This document shows positions 1 through 10,447 of a stretch of 64,000 nucleotides of DNA, in pieces. The DNA lies in assembly GCA_965261595.1 (NCBI GenBank), contig CBDHDG010000004.1, forward strand, positions 576,001 to 640,000, written 5' to 3'. The stretch comes from a bacterium. Its GTDB lineage: Bacteria; UBA8248; JACPRG01; G963555815. The notes beneath the pieces were generated by a model. That model was given only the letters and a program-made list of their open reading frames with translations. It ran no database searches and had not been told where the DNA came from. The position numbers were made by a program, and so were the translations under genes. Position 1 is the stretch's first letter, and each line of letters begins with the position of its first letter.

Positions 1-1019
1 GGAGGCGCCGCTGGAGACGTACACGCGCTTGCAGAGGCCGCGCGGGGCCGATGCCGGGCTGTTCCGCCGGGTGCTGAAGGGGCTGAGTTGTCGGGACTAT
101 GAGGGATGCGCCGAGGCGGCGCCCGAGGCCTTTGGGCTTTCCCCCTCGGCGGTCTCGCGCCGCTTCATCCGGGCCAGCGCCCGCAAGCTCAAAGAGCTCT
201 GCGAGCGCCCCCCCTGCAAGGGTATGACTTCGTGGGCCTGGTCCTGGACGGCAAGCGCTTTGAGGACGACCTCATGGTGATTGCCCTGGGCATCACGGTT
301 CAGGGCGAAAAGGTGGTGTTGGGGTTTGTTCAGACCGGGACCGGGACCGAGCGGGCGTTGACGGCGTTTTTGCGGGAGTTGGTGGAGCGGGGGCTGCGCT
401 CTGAGGCAGGTCTGCTCTGTGTGATCGACGGCTCCAAGGGCCTTCGGGCGGCGATCCGGCGGGTTTTTGAGGCACACGCGGTGGTGCAGCGCTGCCAGTG
501 GCATAAGCGCGAGGGCGTGCTCAGCCACCTGCCCAAGGGCCGGCAGGGGCGCATCGGGCGGAAACTCCAGGCGGCTTATGATGAGCCCACTTACGAGGGG
601 GCCAAGGGGGCGCTCGGGAGGCTTCGCAAAGAGCTTGAGCTGCTCAACCGCTCGGCGGTGAAGAGCCTGGACGAAGGCCTGGAGGAGACCTTGACGCTCC
701 ATCGCCTGGTGGTCTTTCCCATCTTGGGGAGAAGCCTGAAGACGACGAACTGCTTGGAGTCGATCATGTCGCTCATTGCTCAGCGAACGGACAGGGTGGA
801 CCACTGGCGCAACAGCGACCAGAAGCAGCGCTGGGTGGCCACGGCGCTCCTCGACATCGAGCCTCGGCTGAACCGGATCCAGGGCTGCCGGCATCTGCCG
901 GCCTTGAGGGCCGCCATCCGCTCTACGCTCGGCCTTCGGGCTGACAGCAACGAGCGCGAGGTGGCCTAACATGCACCCAGGGGTCACTCCGGAATTTCAA
1001 CTAAGAATGGCATTGACTC
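1..1019 (+). mobile_element. IS256-family element (5'-partial); transposase frameshifted near 208-215
   Basis: ORFs 29..280 and 106..969 join across a C-run and give IS256 motifs (SAVSRRF, LVLDG, VIDGSKGL, VQRCQWHK, TTNCLES). The end TTCAACTAAGAATGGCATTGACTC resembles the end of the IS256 at 40262-41704. Confidence 0.85.
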
Positions 1020-1021
1020 CG

Positions 1022-1780
1022 ATGAACCTCAAGGACAAGGTCGTCATCATTACTGGCGCTACACGCGGAATTGGAAAAGGTTACGCTGAGTCTGTTGCAG
1101 CAAAAGGAGGTAAAGTCATTGTTTCTGACATCCTTGACGGGGAGAGCGTCGCGGAATCGATCTGCAAGTCGGGCGGAGAGGCAATGTATGTCTGGGCCGA
1201 CATGTCGGACGAAGATAGCGTGAACCATCTCGCTGGGATCACGCACGACCGGTACGGTCGCATCGATGGGTTGGTGAACAATGCCGCAATATTCGCCAAC
1301 ATTCGGTATTGTCCCTTCGACGAGATCACGGTTGAAGAATGGGACGCCGTCATGGCGGTCAACGTCAAGGGGGTTTGGCTCGCTTCCAAGGCGGTGTATC
1401 CTTACATGAAGGCCCAGGGGGCGGGGAAGATCGTCAATATCGCCTCCGGAGTTCCGTTCAAGGGAACGCCTATCTTCGCTCACTACACGGTGTCGAAAGG
1501 GGCCGTGATGACGCTAACGCGGGTGTTGGCGAGGTCGATGGGTAAGGATGGTATCTGCGTCAATACGCTGGCTCCGGGTTTGACGCGAAGTGAGAGTCTG
1601 GCGGAATTGCATCAGGAACGGCTGGACCGGGATGATGCCATTGAAATCCAGATGCGGGCGATCCCGCGCAGCGAGCGGCCCGAAGACTTGGTGGGAGCCC
1701 TCGTCTTCCTCCTTTCAGAGGCCGCCGACTTCATCACCGGCCAGACCCTCCTGGTCGATGGCGGGTCATTCATGAATTAG
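1022..1780 (+). CDS. Short-chain dehydrogenase/reductase (SDR)
   Basis: TGATRGIG, NNAA, YTVSK (YxxxK) and GQTLLVDGG motifs; ATG at 1022. Confidence 0.95.
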   Translation: MNLKDKVVIITGATRGIGKGYAESVAAKGGKVIVSDILDGESVAESICKSGGEAMYVWADMSDEDSVNHLAGITHDRYGRIDGLVNNAAIFANIRYCPFDEITVEEWDAVMAVNVKGVWLASKAVYPYMKAQGAGKIVNIASGVPFKGTPIFAHYTVSKGAVMTLTRVLARSMGKDGICVNTLAPGLTRSESLAELHQERLDRDDAIEIQMRAIPRSERPEDLVGALVFLLSEAADFITGQTLLVDGGSFMN

Positions 1781-1985
1781 CGACTCCCGCCCATGGCCCA
1801 GGCATTTTGGGTCTCATGTCAAGGCCCAACACCCTGGATATCCTTTTGGCCGGCGGTCCAAAACGTCCGGTGGTGGTTCGAGAAAAATTTCACTGCGAGT
1901 TTCGTTTTGTGCTAAACCATTGATCTAAGCAAATAGACAGGAAAATTCATGAGAAGGTTCGTGAGGAATAGAGGGGGGCCTCCCC

Positions 1986-2645
1986 ATGGTCATGGACAGC
2001 AGAGAGTTCGCCATCCGCGTCATCTCCAATTCGGATAAGTACGCCGAGCGCCTTCGCGAGAAGGCGCTGGATCCGGTCACTTATCTGGACCGGGATAATC
2101 TCGTGATGATCTACAAGCGGCGGATGTGGTACGAGTACCACCTTGGGGTTCTGCCTCCAGCCAAGCAGATCACCCAGCTCTCCCCTGAGGATCTGGATCT
2201 CCGGTGGCTGCTGACCGAACAGCTCACGGAGGAGTACCACCATTCGAAGGTTTTCTCCGATATATTGAAAGAGATGGGAGAAGATCCGGATATCACCCAT
2301 TTTGAGACCCGGCCGGAATACCATGAAGTCGTGCACCACACCCTTGACTTCGACACACCATGGGAAATTGCCGCGTCCCTTCAGGTCACTGGAGAGGTCA
2401 TGCTGATCTCCATTCTCAAATGGCTACAGGGACTCGTGGAGCCTCGGATCTCCGATATCATCGAGAATGAGGTTCTTATTCACGAGGGAAAGCACGTCCG
2501 GTTTGGCCGAATGATCCTGGAGCGTTTCGCGACGACGGAAGAACGGCAACGGCGAGTCGTCGAGATTTCGGAGACGAAATTTGAAAGCCTCTGTACTGCC
2601 CACGATGTCAAGTTCTATGGCACCATCAAGACGGAAGTGGACTGA
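1986..2645 (+). CDS. Ferritin-like (diiron-carboxylate) domain protein
   Basis: Two ExxH motifs (EEYHH, HEGKH), each preceded by a helix bearing Glu; RBS-like GAGGGG upstream. Confidence 0.7.
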   Translation: MVMDSREFAIRVISNSDKYAERLREKALDPVTYLDRDNLVMIYKRRMWYEYHLGVLPPAKQITQLSPEDLDLRWLLTEQLTEEYHHSKVFSDILKEMGEDPDITHFETRPEYHEVVHHTLDFDTPWEIAASLQVTGEVMLISILKWLQGLVEPRISDIIENEVLIHEGKHVRFGRMILERFATTEERQRRVVEISETKFESLCTAHDVKFYGTIKTEVD

Positions 2646-2678
2646 GCTGAGGTCGCGTCATAAAGGAGAGACGGCAGC

Positions 2679-4260
2679 ATGTGGGAGGAGGTCAAAGAGA
2701 AGATCGACCATGCCGCCCAAATCTTGATGGACCAGATGGAAGCGTCCGGCAAGCCCTATCCGGCTGACGTCTATGGACCGCCCCTGGGTTATTGGACACT
2801 CGGGTGAGGGTATTCGACCTCATGCGGCCTCCGCAACTTGAGCGAGTTTTTCCTGCCTTGCCTGGGCCGGCGTTCGGTAGCCGTAGCCCTCGAGAATCCA
2901 ATGATGGTTGTACAGGTTCTTGAACTCAAGCAGCGCCCACCGCAGTTCCTCTACGGTGGCGAAAGAGCGCACCCACAGGAGATTCTCCTTCAAGATGCGG
3001 ATAAACCACTCACAGTAGCCATTTCCCTCGGGCGCCCGCACGAAGCTGGGCGAACTGGTCATGCCCAGGTAGGCGATCTCCCGCTGAAAGTCATCGGACA
3101 GATAGGCGGGGCCGTGGTCGTGACGAACTTTAAGCCCCTCGGCGACGTCCGCCTCCAAGCCGGCGAAGCGCTCGGCGACCCCCTGCCGGATCGGCTCCAG
3201 GGCCTCGAAGCGGTTGCCGCTCTTGGCCGCATGGATCCCCACGCAGTCCACCGAGCAGTGATCCACCGCCACGAACACCGAGGCCACCCCCTCCTCGGTG
3301 GTCACCGTCGTCGTCATGTCCGTGCCCCACATTCGGTCGGGCCGCTCGGTGCGGATGGTCCCGTTGTGGGCCTTGGGACCTCGGGGTTTGCCCACCCGGT
3401 GGGGGGCCTGAAGCCCCGCCTCCCGCATCAGGCGACGCACCCGCTCCTTGCTGGTGCGGATGCCCGCGAAGCGCAGCCTCGCCCACACCTTGCGGTAGCC
3501 CTCGCCATGGAAGGGAGAGTCCTCCAGGACCTGCCGGATGTGGCCGAGGAGTTCCGCATCGGTGCACGGGCCCACAGGGCCGCGCTTATTGGGCGTGGGG
3601 CGTTCATGAACGGGGACCGCCTCTCGCCGCCGTTGCGCGTAGACCGTGGAGCGCGCCAAGCCCCAAAGGGCGCACACCCGCTTCAGGCCGTAGGCTCTGC
3701 CCGTGGAGGTGAAGCGGGCCTGACTCATCGCCTCCACCTCCTGCCGGCTAAAGGGCGGCCGGCCTCCAGGCGGTCGATCTTCTCCCGCAGGACCTCGCCC
3801 TCCATCGTGAGTTCGCCCACCTTGGCCTTGAGCCGGGCGTTCTCCTCGGCCCGCTCATCCGCCGGGCGGGCTTTGAGCGCCGCCTCGCCCCCGCGAAGGA
3901 ACGCCTCGCGCCAGGCGGAAAGCCGAGCCGCTGTCGTGCCCAACTCGCGGCAGAGCGTCTCCAGGCTCTCGCCCCGCAAAAGACGCAGGACCGCCTCCCG
4001 CTTGCGCTGGCAGGAGAACCGACCCCGCTCACTGCGATGCCCTGGGGCCTTGGCTCCGTTCGCCCTGCGGGCGCCCTCCGCCAAAGCCCCCTCTTGCTTT
4101 TGTTCGTTCATCGCGACACCCCTTTCTCCATGAATCATGGATCAATCGAGTGTCCAACAAAACCCTAGAGCGGGGGATCTACATCATCTGGAACGACTTG
4201 GCATATCTGCAATACGTGTTGGATGTGAAGGTCGAGTATTGGGGGTCCAAAGAGCGTTGA
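2679..4260 (+). pseudogene. 57-aa hypothetical protein split by the IS3-family copy 1
   Basis: RBS AAGGAG and ATG at 2679. Removing 2774-4177 and one TCTA copy restores an open frame to TGA at 4258-4260. Confidence 0.75.
2774..4177 (-). mobile_element. IS3-family IS, copy 1 (1404 bp; orfA 3725..4111, orfB 2820..3728)
   Basis: HTH orfA and rve/DDE orfB (WGTD, RHDHG, GNGYCE); imperfect terminal IRs; TSD TCTA at 2770-2773 and 4178-4181. Confidence 0.95.
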
Positions 4261-4457
4261 CGCTTCCGTCACCCGCTGATGACAGTAAATCGATCGGAAG
4301 CGCTTCCAGCGTGGGCATTAGGGTTTATGTTTATGTGTGACAGTTTGGGGCTCCAGGGTGGACGCCCCGTGGAAGGAGAGGGTGGGGGAAGACGTATTTG
4401 CAATCCGGCGCCACACGGAGATCACGGTAATTCTCCAAATGCGAGGGGGGAAATCTA

Positions 4458-5486
4458 ATGAGGAAAATTCGAGATCAGTTAGCCCTAAGGCTTTGTGTAT
4501 GTCTTCTGTTTACCCTGGCGTGGGGGATCTGGAATTGCGTACCTCCAGTCAGTGCGGGAGAGAAGGTGACTCTCCAAGCAGCCTGGATCATCGATGGGGC
4601 CCTGTCCGGATTCTATCTCGCCGTCGATAAAGGATATATGAAAAAAGCGAACATTGATCTTTCCATAACACGGGGCTTCGGTTCTTCTGATACGACCAAA
4701 AAGGTAGCCACGAGAGCGGCGTTATTCGGACAGGCGGACACGGGGGCATTGGTTGTCGGTCGAAGCCAAGGGTTGAAGGCCAAGTCCTTGCTGATGTACT
4801 CCAACCATTCCATGTACGGCATCTGGGCGCTCAAAGGCTCAGGAATCACGAAGCCAAAGGACCTCGTGGGAAAGAAGTGGGGGACCACGGCCGGGGACGT
4901 AACGCGGACACTATTCCCCGCTTTTGCAAGCGTGAATGGGTTTCAGCCGGAAGCCGTGAAAACCGTCCTGATGGACCCTGCTTCTCTGAGCGCCAGTCTA
5001 TTGAGTGGAAAGGTGGATGCCATAGCAAGCTTCCTGGTTCGAGGTCCGGTTCTCAACGCGATGGCCGGCAAGCAGGGCAAAAGCGTGGTCTCTATCCCCT
5101 GGCACAAGTGGGGCATCTCGATGTATTCGCTCGGGGTCATCGCGAGAGACGAAACCGTCGCGTCCAGGGCAAATTTCGTTCGAGGCTTCATTCAGGCGAC
5201 TCAGAAGGGGATCAAACACGAGATCGAAAACCCGGAAGATGCCGTCGCGGCACTGGTTCGGCGACACCCGGAACGGAGCCGGGATTTGGCGCTGAAAACC
5301 CTGAAGATATATCATGCCCATCTTTTGACCCCGAGCGTGTACGAAAGAGGAATTGGCTTTATCGACCGGAAGAAGATGGAGTACACCCGGGATCTGATCA
5401 CCAAGCATCAGGGACTCAAGGTGAAGGTTCCCGTGGATGACCTGTTCACGAACAAATTCCTCAATCCGGTGAAGCCGAAGAAATAG
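4458..5486 (+). CDS. ABC transporter substrate-binding protein, NMT1/THI5-like
   Basis: Signal peptide; FYLAVDKGY, GFGSSDT, SGITKPKDLVGKK and DDLFTNKFL pattern. Confidence 0.9.
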   Translation: MRKIRDQLALRLCVCLLFTLAWGIWNCVPPVSAGEKVTLQAAWIIDGALSGFYLAVDKGYMKKANIDLSITRGFGSSDTTKKVATRAALFGQADTGALVVGRSQGLKAKSLLMYSNHSMYGIWALKGSGITKPKDLVGKKWGTTAGDVTRTLFPAFASVNGFQPEAVKTVLMDPASLSASLLSGKVDAIASFLVRGPVLNAMAGKQGKSVVSIPWHKWGISMYSLGVIARDETVASRANFVRGFIQATQKGIKHEIENPEDAVAALVRRHPERSRDLALKTLKIYHAHLLTPSVYERGIGFIDRKKMEYTRDLITKHQGLKVKVPVDDLFTNKFLNPVKPKK

Positions 5487-5777
5487 GCGAACTGAAAGGG
5501 GACGGAATTCACGGCTTTCAAGCTCAAGGAGACGTCTTGATTCCGAAGGGAAAATTCGGACGGGATGGACTCGTCCGATGAGCAACGAGAGAATGGAAGC
5601 AAGGGTGGCTGATACCCGAGGGTTTCCCAAATCAGATTAAGTGCCTGTTGGAGGACTGCTTGCGATGTCCGGAAGGATCTCGCGAGCAGTCCTTTCATTT
5701 TTCAAGGCTGCAATACAGGCGGGTCTGGATTGACAGGTCATCCCCAAGCGCCTTGAGCCAAGGCAGAGGGAAACCGG

Positions 5778-7232
5778 ATGCCGAAATCGAAAGTCGACTT
5801 TCTGTTCAAGCACGCTGTTATTGTAACCCTGAACCCCGGCAGGGATATTCTCTGGGACGGGGCCATCGCCCTCCGTGCGAAGAAAATTATCGATGTGGGT
5901 CCAACTACTTCCCTCATGCGAAAGTATGAGGGAAAAATCCAAGTGGATGCCCGGCAGAAGCTCATCCTCCCCGGTCTTGTCAATGCCCACAATCATATAT
6001 TCGGCGCTTTGTGCCGGGGGTTGGTCAACGACCATCCCTTGATCCCCTGGCTCAATAAGAAGGTGTATCTCACCTCGAACGGATTGGATGAGGAATGCTA
6101 TTACCTGAGCACCCTCCTGCTCGGGATTGAAATGTTGAAGACCGGCACGACTTGCGTTGTTGACTGCGGGACCATGCCCGGGCTTGAAAGGAGCGCCGTT
6201 CGGGGGATTCAGGAAATCGGAATGAAAGCCGTTCTCGCCCGAACCATGGTGGACATAACGGGAAATGACCCCACCCAACCCTACCGACAGAAGCAGACGA
6301 CGCAGAAAACCATTCGAGACGCAGAGCGGTTTGTGAGGGAACACCATGGTGACGCCGAAGAGAGAATCCAGGCTTGGTTCTGTCCCATCCAGACTTGGTG
6401 CATATCCGATCGGCTTTGCAGAAAGACCATTGACCTTGCCGAAAAGTATGATTCGGGATTTGCCACCCACGCTTCTGTGGATCGGGCGGAAGTGGAACTG
6501 TGTCGGGAACGCTTCGGCCACACACCCATCGAGCGGTTTCATCGACTCGGCGTCCTGGGTCCCCGCCTCCTCACCGCACACATGGGCTGGGCCACGGAGA
6601 ATGAAATCGACCGAATCCTCAAGTCCGGGACTCATGTCGTTCACTGCCCAAGCTCCAGCATGAAATGCGCCTCGGGGGCGCTCAGTCACGGCAAGATTCC
6701 TTTGATGGAAGCATTGGGGGCCAACATCGCTCTTGGGACGGACGGGCCGGCCGCCGGAAATTACCAGGACATGTTTCGGGTGATGTATCTCGCAGCCGTC
6801 GGCCACAAGGAAGCACATCTGGACTCTCGTGTGATCCCCCCCGAAATCGCTCTGGAGTGGGGGACCCTCAATGGTGCGAAGGCTGTGGGATGGGGAGATC
6901 GAATTGGCTCCCTGGAGAAGGGGAAGCGGGCGGACCTGGCGATCCTGAATCTCAAGCGGTCCGAATTTGTTCCTCTCCATCCCGCCACGCTACTCCCAAA
7001 CCTCATCTACGCAGCGACTGGCAACTGCGTGGAGACCGTTTTTGTGGATGGCAAGGTCCTGGTCGAAGACGGACGAGTGACGACCGTGGATGAAGATGAG
7101 GTCATCGATCGAATTTCTCATTACACGGATCACTTCGTCGGCCTCGCCCAGAATTGGGAGAAACAGCATGCTAATGGAAAGTCACAGCATGCTAATGGAA
7201 AGTCATGGTTGGGGTCAGGTCTTACATTCTAA
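5778..7232 (+). CDS. Metal-dependent amidohydrolase (MTA/SAH/atrazine-deaminase-like)
   Basis: PGLVNAHNH, THASV, VVHCPSSSMK, GTDG and GSLEKGKRADL motifs. The C-terminus runs into an inverted repeat. Confidence 0.92.
   Translation: MPKSKVDFLFKHAVIVTLNPGRDILWDGAIALRAKKIIDVGPTTSLMRKYEGKIQVDARQKLILPGLVNAHNHIFGALCRGLVNDHPLIPWLNKKVYLTSNGLDEECYYLSTLLLGIEMLKTGTTCVVDCGTMPGLERSAVRGIQEIGMKAVLARTMVDITGNDPTQPYRQKQTTQKTIRDAERFVREHHGDAEERIQAWFCPIQTWCISDRLCRKTIDLAEKYDSGFATHASVDRAEVELCRERFGHTPIERFHRLGVLGPRLLTAHMGWATENEIDRILKSGTHVVHCPSSSMKCASGALSHGKIPLMEALGANIALGTDGPAAGNYQDMFRVMYLAAVGHKEAHLDSRVIPPEIALEWGTLNGAKAVGWGDRIGSLEKGKRADLAILNLKRSEFVPLHPATLLPNLIYAATGNCVETVFVDGKVLVEDGRVTTVDEDEVIDRISHYTDHFVGLAQNWEKQHANGKSQHANGKSWLGSGLTF
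7163..7204. repeat. Perfect 21-bp tandem duplication ACAGCATGCTAATGGAAAGTC x2
   Basis: Read directly; encodes QHANGKS twice. Confidence 0.95.
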
Positions 7233-7697
7233 CATTTTGTTCCCTACAGAAGTGTGGCGGGCCGGGACCCGCTGCCCCGATAGATTCATTCGGGGGCACG
7301 CTTGGACCGGCTCCTACGACGAAAAATCCCCGGCTGGCCGTAGGGAAGAGTCTTCGGCCGGCTGGCTGCCCCGACCCGACCGGAAAAAAGGCCGTTGCGT
7401 GCATTCGCGACGTTCAGCCGGATAAGGCCGCCAATGGCGATTTGTCCGGGGCGCGAGCCGGGAGACCATCGATTAGTGTGTGGGATGGGTCTGGGATGGC
7501 GTCAGACCTTGACTTTGCGCTTTAGCCGTATGTTTCTCACAACCAGGAGGGGGGGATACCCGACCTCGTGCCTCAATTGGGCACGAACTCGTAGCGGAGT
7601 GCAAAGTCCAGATCTGTCCCCCACTTTCCCGGATACCTTTTTCTATCCCAAAGTCGGCGCGAAATACGGAAAATGTTAGAATGTAAGACCTGACCCC
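7211..7697. mobile_element. 487-bp non-coding element bounded by perfect 28-bp inverted repeats (MITE/REP-like)
   Basis: GGGGTCAGGTCTTACATTCTAACATTTT at 7211-7238 and its exact reverse complement at 7670-7697. Confidence 0.75.
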
Positions 7698-8378
7698 GTG
7701 CCCGTGGGAGAACCCGGATTGACTGCTGACGACAAAAGAGCCCGCGAAGTGGTTGAGGATTTTGTTATCCCCAAGGGGTCTGGGAAAGCATTCTTCCTCC
7801 AGAAAGGTCAGGCCCTGCGCATCACAGCTCACGAGGGGAAACAGGTAGCGGACGTCAAATTCATCAATGCTAACGATCACAGGGAGCAGGTTTGTGCGTG
7901 GTGGTCATCTTGTCTCAACTCTGAGCGTCCGAGCGGAGAAATCCTCGGAGGCGCCAAAAGAGTAAAAGAGCTGTACTCGAAACCACCCTGGGAACGAGTG
8001 ATGCTTCGCGTGATAGATGACAAGGTAGGAGACCATCTCTTCAACGGTTCCTGTTCACCGAAGGTCCGAGAGCTGATGCCTGGGGACGAGTATCTGGGCA
8101 ACAAGACTTGTGTCGAGCTTTTCGCGGAGTGCCTGGCGCCACATGGGATCGGGCTCGAGGATCTCGAAGGGTCCGGCACCTTCAACGTATTCATGCCCGT
8201 GCGCTTCAAGGATGACGACAACGGCGCCTGGGTGTTTCTTCCCCCGTCGTGCGAAAAGGGCGACTACATAGAGTTCCTGGCGGAGATGGACATCCTGGTT
8301 GCCGCAACATCATGCCCTCAAGTGAACGTCATCAACGACTACGACCCAAAGGCCATGAAGTACGAGATCCTGGCCTGA
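7698..8378 (+). CDS. DUF1989 / urea-carboxylase-associated family protein
   Basis: GQALRI..EGKQVAD, FNVFM and KGDYIEFLAEMDILVAATSCPQ motifs. The start is uncertain because it abuts the IR. Confidence 0.85.
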   Translation: MPVGEPGLTADDKRAREVVEDFVIPKGSGKAFFLQKGQALRITAHEGKQVADVKFINANDHREQVCAWWSSCLNSERPSGEILGGAKRVKELYSKPPWERVMLRVIDDKVGDHLFNGSCSPKVRELMPGDEYLGNKTCVELFAECLAPHGIGLEDLEGSGTFNVFMPVRFKDDDNGAWVFLPPSCEKGDYIEFLAEMDILVAATSCPQVNVINDYDPKAMKYEILA

Positions 8379-8454
8379 CAGGATACCCGAGTGGTCTTGT
8401 GAATCCGTCAACAAAAGTTGGACCCTTGTCCCTTCCCGGAGGAGGACATCATCG

Positions 8455-9233
8455 ATGGCTTTTCAAGGAGAATACCCAATCACCGAGGAAGAGCTCTACC
8501 ACTACCGTGAGCCTGGGGATTTCTACCCGCGCGAAGAGCAGATGATAAAGATGGCTCGGGATATTTTTTATGATGAGGGGTCCGGCGCTGATCGTTCTCT
8601 GTTTCTTCCAATCAAACCGGAGAAGACGGCTTTTTTGATGGTGGACACCCAGAACGACGTGGTCAGGCCGGATGCCCCTCTCTTTTGCCCGGATGGGCAC
8701 AGGATGATTCCGAGAGTCAAGAGGGTCTTGGAGCGATGTCGGGAGGTGGGAATCCGGCCGATATTCATCGAGCACTGCCACGATCCCCGGGTCGGGGGGC
8801 GATACTGGGATCTCGGCCACAGAAGATATTTCCCCCGGCTCGTGGAACGTTTCATCAACAAGAGACAGGCGGTATACGGAACCGAGGAAGTAAAAACCTT
8901 TCCTGCGATAGCTCCACGACCGGATGAGAAAGTTGTTTATAAGCATCGGTGGGACGGGTTCATCGGAACCGATCTCGATGTGGCCCTGAGGGGCATGGGC
9001 GCGGATACTTTGATTTTCAGTGGAGTTTTCGCTAGCAGTGTGTCGAGTCAACGGCCCGGCATGCGGCTGAGCTTGAATACAAGGTCATCTATGCCGGCGA
9101 CCTGGTCGCGAGCCACCTGCCTGAGCAGCATCAGGCCGTGCTTGGGAGAATTCGGTGTATCTTTGGCCTTGTCATGAGCTCGGAAGAGATCCTGGCTGAG
9201 TTGGCCAAGCTACCCGAGTTGAAAGGTGAGTAA
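8455..9233 (+). pseudogene. Isochorismatase-family cysteine hydrolase, frameshifted near 9033
   Basis: VDTQND and KHRWDGFIGTDLD in the first frame. The catalytic QCVESTAR...VMSSEEILAEL continues in another frame to TAA 9231-9233. Confidence 0.85.
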
Positions 9234-9301
9234 CGTCATCAGACCCCGGCGACTGCGTGATCAACGCTGTTCCGTCATTCCCGGTTCCAGAAGAGTCAAA
9301 T

Positions 9302-9396
9302 GGGTCAAGTCTTTTGTAGATAGAAATGAGGCCCAATGACTTTCATTTGCGTCTTGAATCTTCAAAAGAAAAATGAGCCGACAAAAGATTTGACCC
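9302..9396. repeat. 16-bp inverted repeat pair GGGTCAAGTCTTTTGT ... ACAAAAGATTTGACCC
   Basis: One mismatch; starts with GGGTCA like the 7211 element. Confidence 0.7.
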
Positions 9397-9440
9397 CTCT
9401 GTTCTTTTAAGCAGAAATAAGTCTGGTGTCCCCCCGATGC

Positions 9441-9543
9441 CCCCCGGAGGCCGGCTAACCACTCCCTTGGGGCATCCCTGTACTTCCGGACATCGGGGAG
9501 CAGAGACTAACTCAAAATGTGGTGCAACTTTAGGGACAGGTCA
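9441..9543 (+). mobile_element. Isolated right-end remnant related to the IS3-family element at 14862-16132
   Basis: GGCATCCC...AGAGACTAACTCAAAATGTGGTGCAACTTTAGGGACAGGTCA aligns with about 16030-16132. Confidence 0.8.
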
Positions 9544-9544
9544 A

Positions 9545-9970
9545 TCAGCCTCCCGTCCCACTGACGGACTCCTCCGCCGTCAACGTGTCGAGTTCCGTCG
9601 GAACCTCACCACCTGTCTGCTGGTTCTCGTTGATCTCTTCGTCAGGGATAGGATCGGGATCGGCGTCGGCGGTCGACACATCGGGCGGCGGCTGCCCCGT
9701 GGCATCGGCGATTTCATCCGCCGCGTCGGGAACCTCGGCCGCCACGCCGGCGGCGATGTCCGCCGCCGCGGCGCCGACGGCGGATGCGAGCTCCTCCGGA
9801 GTCGCCGTCTCCATTGTCACTCCCTCGGGGAGACCTGCCTCGATGTCGGCGGCGAGATCTTGGGCCTCAGCCAACTGAATATTGCCCACCAAACCCACCC
9901 CGAGCACCAGCGACAGGACGACACAGACCAGCAAGGGGATTCTTCGACATTTCCCGGCGAATCGGTCCAT
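9545..9970 (-). CDS. Secreted acidic Ala/Asp/Glu-rich hypothetical protein
   Basis: Signal-peptide-like N-terminus ending AEA, followed by a low-complexity acidic body. Confidence 0.65.
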   Translation of the reverse strand: MDRFAGKCRRIPLLVCVVLSLVLGVGLVGNIQLAEAQDLAADIEAGLPEGVTMETATPEELASAVGAAAADIAAGVAAEVPDAADEIADATGQPPPDVSTADADPDPIPDEEINENQQTGGEVPTELDTLTAEESVSGTGG

Positions 9971-10447
9971 CTTCTGTGCCTCCTTAGGCCCCAACGGAAT
10001 CACGACCGTCATCCTTTATGTTAGAGTATATGGTTGCTCACTGATTAAGATTACGACAGTACACCCCTTTTATAAACCAGAATCCCCACAAAATCAATAG
10101 AAAAGAGATCCGAATCTTCCCGCGATTTTTCGGGGATCACTCACCCAAGGGAATCGCCCGGCTTGTCAATATCGGGGACCGCGTTCCCCCCCCCTCCCCC
10201 CCGGTCCGTACAGAATGGAGAGAATTCTCACATGGGGCCGGTTCACCCTGGAGTCGTCCAACCCGCGGGTCGGTCGACCCCTCGGCTGAGATAACGGCCG
10301 CGAGGCGTTTTGCCGCATGTGCGATCCACCCTCGGCTCCAGCGTAAAGTTGCGATGTACGAGGGAATTCCAGCAGGTTGCGGAAAAACGATTTCGGCATG
10401 GCCCCTTGCACCTTTTCGGGTGCGAATTCTTCTCAATCGCGACCGTT

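Noticed and set aside
2838..4133. 431-aa ORF, with copies at 10671 and 20991
   Set aside because: Antisense shadow of the IS3 transposase genes.
10370..10396. CAGGTTGCGGAAAAACGATTTC resembling an IS1182/IS5 end
   Set aside because: Short and degenerate, with no partner end or transposase.
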